This document shows, one piece after another, positions 58,482 to 64,000 of a stretch of 64,000 nucleotides of DNA. Positions within the stretch are counted from its first letter, which is position 1; the number at the start of each line of letters is the position of its first letter. The DNA lies in the NCBI GenBank assembly GCA_031556405.1, contig JAVBTC010000032.1, positions 2,433-66,432 of the forward strand, written 5' to 3'. The stretch comes from Rhodocyclaceae bacterium. GTDB taxonomy: Bacteria > Pseudomonadota > Gammaproteobacteria > Burkholderiales > Rhodocyclaceae. The notes beneath the pieces are model-generated. The model saw nothing but the letters and a program-made list of their open reading frames with translations, ran no database searches and had not been told where the DNA came from. The position numbers and the translations under genes are program-made.

Positions 58482-58553
58482 TTCTAAATTAAAATATTAA
58501 TTATAAGTTTTATGCGAATACGGTAGCTGATATTTATTTAATAAAATTTAGAA
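58482..58553. repeat. AT-rich MITE-like intergenic element, copy F (72 bp, best-defined)
   Basis: Perfect 9-bp terminal inverted repeats TTCTAAATT (58482-58490) and AATTTAGAA (58545-58553). The interior shares GTAGCTGAT with copy D and a 15-mer with copy G. Confidence 0.65.
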
Positions 58554-58632
58554 AAATAAGCCGGTTCACATTGATGCGCGAATGCGCTGTGCGTTTACTT
58601 ACTGATTTCCGGCGTTTCGAAATTGCGCCGCC

Positions 58633-59493
58633 TCAATGCCCCGCCTGCGCCTTCTTATCGAGGCGATAGAGCATGTCGTCGGCGAGGTCGCTGATTTCCT
58701 GGTCCGTGCGCCCGAAATAGGCGGCGACTTTCCTGGCCGCCTTCTGCCATTCCTTGTCCTGATTCAGCCGCAGATGCTGGCCGGTGATATGGTCGGCGAG
58801 TGCGCTGATGGCGATCAGCGCGCGGGATTCTTCAGGAAGCCCTGCATCGTCGCGCAGCACGTCGTAATCGTGGTGGCACAGGATTCCGGTCGTCACCGTC
58901 TGCGGCAGTTTCCATGAGCGGGCCAGCAGATAGCCGATCACGGCGTGATTGGTGTTGATGGCGTCGTCTTCGACCGCCGTGAAGTTGCGGTCCAGGCTTT
59001 CGTTGGCCCGGCGCAGAATGTCCTTGTAGTTCGGGAATCTCTGCACCAGCAGCGGGATGCCGCAATCGTGGAAGAGGCCGAAGGTGTACGCCGTCGCGGG
59101 CGAGGTTCCGCCGAGGATGCCGGCCAGGTCGGAACTCACCGAGGCGGTGTGGGCGGAATTGTCCCAGAAGCGTTCCAGGGAGGCTCCCTGCGCCGCGACA
59201 TTTCTGCGCAGCAGCCCTTCGTAAATCAGGTTGGCGAGTGTGCCTAAACCGATCAGTTCGATCCCGTCGGAAACCGAGCTGATTTCGCCGCTGCCGCCGA
59301 AGAGCGGGGAATTCGCGAATTTGAGAATGATGGCCGCCAGCCCGACGTCCTTGCCGATGATCCGGGCGACGCGCTGGTGATCGGGGGCCGGGCTGCGCAA
59401 TTCCGTCGTCAGTTCGGTGAGGACGGCGGGGCTCGACGGAATCGGAATACCTTTCAGTACTTCCTGAAAACGCTGGTTTTCAAGAGGCTGCAT
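58633..59493 (-). CDS. HDOD domain-containing signalling protein
   Basis: ..IPSSPAVLTELTTEL..DVGLAAIILKFANSPLFG...ISSVSDGIELIGLGTLANL.. plus an HD-like region (..GLFHDCGIP..). Confidence 0.8.
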   Translation of the reverse strand: MQPLENQRFQEVLKGIPIPSSPAVLTELTTELRSPAPDHQRVARIIGKDVGLAAIILKFANSPLFGGSGEISSVSDGIELIGLGTLANLIYEGLLRRNVAAQGASLERFWDNSAHTASVSSDLAGILGGTSPATAYTFGLFHDCGIPLLVQRFPNYKDILRRANESLDRNFTAVEDDAINTNHAVIGYLLARSWKLPQTVTTGILCHHDYDVLRDDAGLPEESRALIAISALADHITGQHLRLNQDKEWQKAARKVAAYFGRTDQEISDLADDMLYRLDKKAQAGH

Positions 59494-59717
59494 GCTTTCG
59501 ACCTCCTTCGTTATATGTAGCGGTTATGCTACCGTTTCTCTCGCGGCGCGTCGACAGAGGGCGCTACCATGGATGAGCGGCGCCTGCCGCCGGTATTAGG
59601 ATGTATTCCAGGTTCAAAAAATAATTACAAGATAAAACCCGCTACGTTGATATAGATAAAGTTAATCCATATCTGGAAAATTCATGCTATATTCATGCCA
59701 TATCCGGCCCGGCGCAA

Positions 59718-61709
59718 TCAACTCGGCGCATTGTCTCCGCCCAGCAAAGCCCGCATTGCCGCCAGCCGTGCGCTGGCGGTGGCCTTGTCGGGCAGGGCGG
59801 CGGCTTTCGTGCCGGAAAACTTGAGATCGTCGCGACCCATTTCGTCGATGAAACGCGACGGCTCGACGGCGACCCATTCCCGCCCCTGGCTGCGTTTTTC
59901 GCAATAGGAAAGCGAAAGACTGCGTTGCGCGCGGGTGATGCCGACGTACATCAAACGCCGCTCCTCCTCGATTTTCTCCGGTGCCAGCGATTCACGGTGC
60001 GGTAATAGCCCCTCTTCGACTCCGACAAGAAACACATGCTTGAATTCCAATCCCTTGGCCGCGTGCAACGTGGAAAGCTGAATACCGTCGAATTCGCTGT
60101 CCTCCTTGTCGAGCAGATTGATCAGCGCCACGGTCTGCGCCAGGTCGAGCAGGGTCTTTTCGTCCTCCTCGCCCTTTTTCGTCAGCCAGGCGCAGAATTC
60201 CTGCACGTTGCCCCATTTCGTCTGTGCCGGCTGCGGGTCCTCGTGGTCGAACAACCAGGCCTCGTAGCCGATCGCCGCGATCAGGTCGGAGAGTACTTCC
60301 CCCGCCGCTTCCTTGGCCGCACGTGTCTCCATGCGGTTGATGAAATGGCAGAACTCCAGAAGCGGCTCGCTCTGCCGCGCGGAAACCCGTTGCGCGAAGC
60401 CTTCCTCGAACGCGGCGGCGAACAGCGAAAGATGGCGCTCGCCGGCATAGGCGCCGAGCGCTTCCAGCGTCTGCCCGCCGACCCCGCGCCGTGGCGTCGT
60501 GACGGCGCGGATGAACGCCGGATCGTCGTCGGAATTCACCAGCAGGCGCAGATAGGCGCAGATATCCTTGATTTCGCTCTTGTCGAAAAATGACTGGCCG
60601 CCGGAGATGAGGTAAGGCGCGCGCTGGTTGCGCAACTGCTGCTCGAAAAGCCGCGCCTGATGGTTGCCGCGATAAAGGATCGCGTAATCGGCAAAGCGCG
60701 TGCGGTGCTCGAACTTGTGCGCCAGCAGCTTCATCACCACGCCTTCCGCTTCCGCCTCCGGGTCCTTGTGCGCGCCGACCTGAATCGCGTCGCCGTGCCC
60801 GAGCTCGGACCACAGCCGCTTCTCGAACAGTTTCTCGTTGTGTGCGATCAGCGTGTTGGCGGCCTTCAGGATGCGCACCGTCGAGCGGTAGTTCTGTTCG
60901 AGCTTGATCACCTTGAGTTCCGGATAGTCGCGCGGCAGATTGCGCAGGTTCTCGATGTCGGCGCCGCGCCAGCCGTAGATCGCCTGGTCGTCGTCGCCGA
61001 CGGCGGTGAACTGCGCGCGCACGCCGGTCAGAAGCCGCAGCAACTGGTACTGGCAGGCGTTGGTGTCCTGGTATTCGTCGACGAGCAGGTAACGCAGGCG
61101 GTTCTGCCATTTCTCGCGGATTTCCGGGTGCGTCGACAACAGCGTCACCGGCAGCATGATCAGATCGTCGAAATCGACCGCCTGATATGCCTTGAGCGTT
61201 GCCGCATAATTGCGGTAGGCGCGCGCGGCGAGCGCCTCGGCCTCATCGGCGGCGTTTTTGGCGGCATGGTCGGGAGAGATCAGCGCGTTCTTCCAGCCGG
61301 AAATGATGTGTTGCAGCTTCCGGATCGTCGCCTTGTCGACGCTGCTCGCCAGTTCGGAAACGATGCCGTAGGCGTCGGTGGCGTCGAAGATCGAAAAACG
61401 CGGCTTGTAGCCGAGCGCCTGCGCCTCTTCGCGCAGAATGCGCACGCCGAGCGCATGAAACGTCGACAGCGTCAGTCCTTCCGGTTTGCTCTTCAACAGC
61501 GTGCCGACGCGCTCGCGCATTTCGAGCGCGGCCTTGTTGGTGAAGGTAATCGCCGCGATATGCGCCGGCCTGAAGCCGCACTCCTCGATCAGATAGGCGA
61601 TTTTCTGCGTGATGACGCGCGTTTTTCCCGAACCGGCGCCGGCAAGCACCAGAAGGGGGCCGTCGAGATAGCGGACGGCTTCGCGTTGCGCGGGATTGAG
61701 CATAGGCAT
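59718..61709 (-). CDS. rep: ATP-dependent DNA helicase Rep (UvrD/Rep superfamily 1)
   Basis: LNPAQREAV....GPLLVLAGAGSGKTRVIT.KIAYLI, DEYQDTN, YRS, and VTRA-type motifs; 663 aa. Confidence 0.88.
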   Translation of the reverse strand: MPMLNPAQREAVRYLDGPLLVLAGAGSGKTRVITQKIAYLIEECGFRPAHIAAITFTNKAALEMRERVGTLLKSKPEGLTLSTFHALGVRILREEAQALGYKPRFSIFDATDAYGIVSELASSVDKATIRKLQHIISGWKNALISPDHAAKNAADEAEALAARAYRNYAATLKAYQAVDFDDLIMLPVTLLSTHPEIREKWQNRLRYLLVDEYQDTNACQYQLLRLLTGVRAQFTAVGDDDQAIYGWRGADIENLRNLPRDYPELKVIKLEQNYRSTVRILKAANTLIAHNEKLFEKRLWSELGHGDAIQVGAHKDPEAEAEGVVMKLLAHKFEHRTRFADYAILYRGNHQARLFEQQLRNQRAPYLISGGQSFFDKSEIKDICAYLRLLVNSDDDPAFIRAVTTPRRGVGGQTLEALGAYAGERHLSLFAAAFEEGFAQRVSARQSEPLLEFCHFINRMETRAAKEAAGEVLSDLIAAIGYEAWLFDHEDPQPAQTKWGNVQEFCAWLTKKGEEDEKTLLDLAQTVALINLLDKEDSEFDGIQLSTLHAAKGLEFKHVFLVGVEEGLLPHRESLAPEKIEEERRLMYVGITRAQRSLSLSYCEKRSQGREWVAVEPSRFIDEMGRDDLKFSGTKAAALPDKATASARLAAMRALLGGDNAPS

Positions 61710-61993
61710 GAAACGGAAAAATACGTGGAAAACCCTTGCCGCGTGCGCCGGGAAACCTGGGCGCAGGGTGAAGCGGTCGGAACGGAATAAAAAATCAGGA
61801 AAGGGGCAAAAAAAGGAGCGTCATTTTACCCTCCGTATGCCGAAAATAATCGGCAGCGGTCTTGCGTCATGATAAGGTACGCATTGCCTGGAGCCTGCGG
61901 CAGCCTCAAACGGACCATTCCGTTCCCGAAGCGGCGCGATAAATCTTTCAATCCAGGCGTTTTTCCCCTATCACCCTTCCCCGCGAGTGCAAG

Positions 61994-63088
61994 ATGGAAG
62001 AGAACGTTCAATCCCCCGCATCACAATCTCCCTCCCAACCCCCCTCTCAACCCGCGTTCGGTTCCCCGCCCGGCAGCCTCAACAACCCCGGCGGCGATCC
62101 CGGATATCCGCGCGGCACTTCGGGCAACGCTTCGGGCAGTATGGCGGGCGGAGTTGCCTGGGAGCGCGCGCTGCTTGAAAAACTGGCGATGGAAAGCCTG
62201 ATCGAGCAGCGCAAGAAACGGCGCTGGGGAATCTTCTTCAAATGCCTGGGATTCGCCTACTTCTTCGTGCTGCTGCTGCTCCTGTTCGCGCCCGCCGGAT
62301 CGGAAAAACTTTCTTCCGACGGCCGCCATACCGCGCTGATCAACCTCGAAGGCGTCATCGAGGCCAAGGGCCAGGCCAACGCCGAAAACATCAATGCCGC
62401 GCTGCGCGACGCGTTCAAGGACAAGAACACCGCCGGCATCGTCCTGCGGATCAACAGCCCGGGCGGCAGTCCGGTACAAGCGGGCATGATTCACGACGAA
62501 ATCCTGCGCCTGCGCGCGAAATATCCGCAGATCCCGCTTTACGTCGCGGTCGAGGACATGTGTGCTTCCGGCGGCTATTACGTCGCCGTCGCCGCGGACA
62601 AGATCTATGTCGACAAGGCGAGCCTGGTAGGTTCGATCGGCGTGCTGATGAACGGTTTCGGGTTCACCGGCACGATGGATAAGCTCGGCATCGAACGCCG
62701 TCTCATGACCGCCGGCGAAAACAAGGGCTTCCTTGATCCCTTCTCGCCGCAGGACGCGAAACAGAAACAATTCGCGCAGAAACTGCTCGACGAAATCCAC
62801 ACCCAGTTCATCGACGTCGTGAAGAAGGGGCGCGGCGAGCGCCTGAAGGAATCGCCGGAAATTTTCACCGGACTGTTCTGGACCGGCAAGCAGAGCATCG
62901 ACCTGGGGTTGGCCGACGGCGTAGGCACTGTCGACAGCATCGCCCGCGACGTGATCAAGGCCGAACAGGTGATCGATTTCACCGTCAAGGAAAATGTCGC
63001 CGAACGCTTCTTCAAGCGCCTCGGCACGCAGACGGCGCAGAGTCTGTCGGCGAAGCTGCTGGGGGATGAGGGGCCGAATCTGCGGTAA
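61994..63088 (+). CDS. sppA: Signal peptide peptidase SppA, 36K type (S49 family)
   Basis: N-terminal Pro/Ser-rich tail, one TM segment, then S49 blocks ..GIVLRINSPGGS.., ..MCASGGYY.. and ..GSIGV.. Confidence 0.85.
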   Translation: MEENVQSPASQSPSQPPSQPAFGSPPGSLNNPGGDPGYPRGTSGNASGSMAGGVAWERALLEKLAMESLIEQRKKRRWGIFFKCLGFAYFFVLLLLLFAPAGSEKLSSDGRHTALINLEGVIEAKGQANAENINAALRDAFKDKNTAGIVLRINSPGGSPVQAGMIHDEILRLRAKYPQIPLYVAVEDMCASGGYYVAVAADKIYVDKASLVGSIGVLMNGFGFTGTMDKLGIERRLMTAGENKGFLDPFSPQDAKQKQFAQKLLDEIHTQFIDVVKKGRGERLKESPEIFTGLFWTGKQSIDLGLADGVGTVDSIARDVIKAEQVIDFTVKENVAERFFKRLGTQTAQSLSAKLLGDEGPNLR

Positions 63089-63136
63089 ATATCCGTGCCG
63101 AGCGGGCATCATCCGGTGCCGCAGGCGAGGTTGAGA

Positions 63137-64000
63137 TTGAACGACACTGTCGCCAAGACTGCGGTCTTTGAAGGTCTGCTTCTGGGGACTGCCGTGGGTG
63201 ATGCCATCGGGTTGCCCCGCGAAGGGTTGTCGAAAGCGCGCGCGGAAAAATTTTTCGGTAAAAGCGCCTTGCGCCATCGCTTTCTCGGTCCGTACGGCCT
63301 GTGCAGCGACGATACCGAGCATGCCTGCATGACCGCGCAGGCCTTGCTCGCGGCGGCGGACGATCCCGAACGTTTCGCGCGTCGTCTGGCGTGGCGTCTG
63401 CGCGGATGGTTTCTGACCCTGCCGGGAGGAATGGGGCTTGCCACCGGCCGCGCGTGCATCCGTCTGCTGCTTGGATTTCCGCCCAGGCGCAGTGGCATTC
63501 ATTCGGCGGGCAACGGTCCCGCCATGCGCGCGCCGGTCATCGGTGCTTTCTTTGCCGATGCGCCGGCATCCATTCCCGTTTTTGTCCGCGCCGCGACACG
63601 GTTGACGCATACCGACCCGAAAGCGGAAGAAGGCGCTTTGATCGTGGCACACGCCGCCGCCATCGCGGCCCGGACAATGGAACAGCGGATATGTGCGGAT
63701 TCTTTTTTTGCTTCCGTGCTTCCGGCGGTACAAGGCGAAGAACTGCGGAACGGCTTGCGGGTCGTCCAGCAGGCATTCGCCGAACGATCAAGTGTCGCGG
63801 AAACCGCGCGACGGCTCGGGTTGAACGAGGGAATCGGCGGTTATATCAACCACACGGTTCCGATCGTGATTCATGCCTGGCTCCATCATTACGGGGATTA
63901 TCGCGCGACCGTGGAAAGCCTCATCGAGCTGGGCGGAGATACCGATACCGCCGGTGCGATTGCCGGCGCATTGGCGGGAGTTTCCTGCCGCAAGGAGGGC
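63137..64000 (+). CDS. ADP-ribosylglycohydrolase family protein (3' end outside the window; start uncertain)
   Basis: The frame is open from 63089 to the window end, so it is absent from the ORF track. Translation gives ..GLLLGTAVGDAIGLP.., ..SDDTEH.., ..GNGPAMR.., ..[16 protein letters not shown]. Candidate starts are GTG 63095, GTG 63116, TTG 63131 and TTG 63137. Confidence 0.8.
   Translation, partial: MNDTVAKTAVFEGLLLGTAVGDAIGLPREGLSKARAEKFFGKSALRHRFLGPYGLCSDDTEHACMTAQALLAAADDPERFARRLAWRLRGWFLTLPGGMGLATGRACIRLLLGFPPRRSGIHSAGNGPAMRAPVIGAFFADAPASIPVFVRAATRLTHTDPKAEEGALIVAHAAAIAARTMEQRICADSFFASVLPAVQGEELRNGLRVVQQAFAERSSVAETARRLGLNEGIGGYINHTVPIVIHAWLHHYGDYRATVESLIELGGDTDTAGAIAGALAGVSCRKEG

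Noticed and set aside
62021-63733. 570-aa ORF on the minus strand
   Set aside because: It is antisense to sppA and the ADP-ribosylglycohydrolase gene, both of which have clear family motifs on the plus strand.

Overview
This window is a high-GC chromosomal core segment. Gene content and order suggest a betaproteobacterium (GntR-sdhCDAB-sdhE-gltA-sucAB, FmdB-DUF502-aspS, ffh/ypjD/corB); that placement is inference. I can support about 50 protein genes and one RNA gene. They include the uvrA 3' end, the full TCA block (sucB, sucA, gltA, sdhE, sdhBADC, mdh) and a PHA block (two phasins, acyl-CoA dehydrogenase, thiolase, MBL hydrolase, class I phaC). Housekeeping genes are pyrC, RNase P RNA (rnpB), coq7, rppH, pyc, hemE, priA, ffh, pilBCD, aspS, rep, sppA and mnmA, plus signalling genes (EAL/HDOD, HDOD, a CqsA-like synthase). 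I saw no rRNA, tRNA, CRISPR array, transposase or integrase. Many long ORFs in the track are antisense shadows of real genes, as expected in GC-rich DNA. The most unusual signals are as follows. (1) A dispersed family of about 60-85 bp, extremely AT-rich intergenic elements; three copies are 71-78 bp with clean terminal inverted repeats (TTCTAAATT...AATTTAGAA), so they look MITE-like, and one supplies the priA stop codon. (2) A 2.4 kb low-GC two-gene orphan island beside uvrA. (3) An orphan rho-independent terminator preceded by a CU-rich anti-Shine-Dalgarno tract and an 11 bp helix, which is a candidate sRNA between rnpB and coq7. (4) A DnaA-box cluster with an AT tract between hemE and priA. 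(5) A CqsA/LqsA-type autoinducer synthase with no adjacent sensor kinase. All functional calls come from reading motifs in the supplied translations and from recalled family knowledge. No database search was run.
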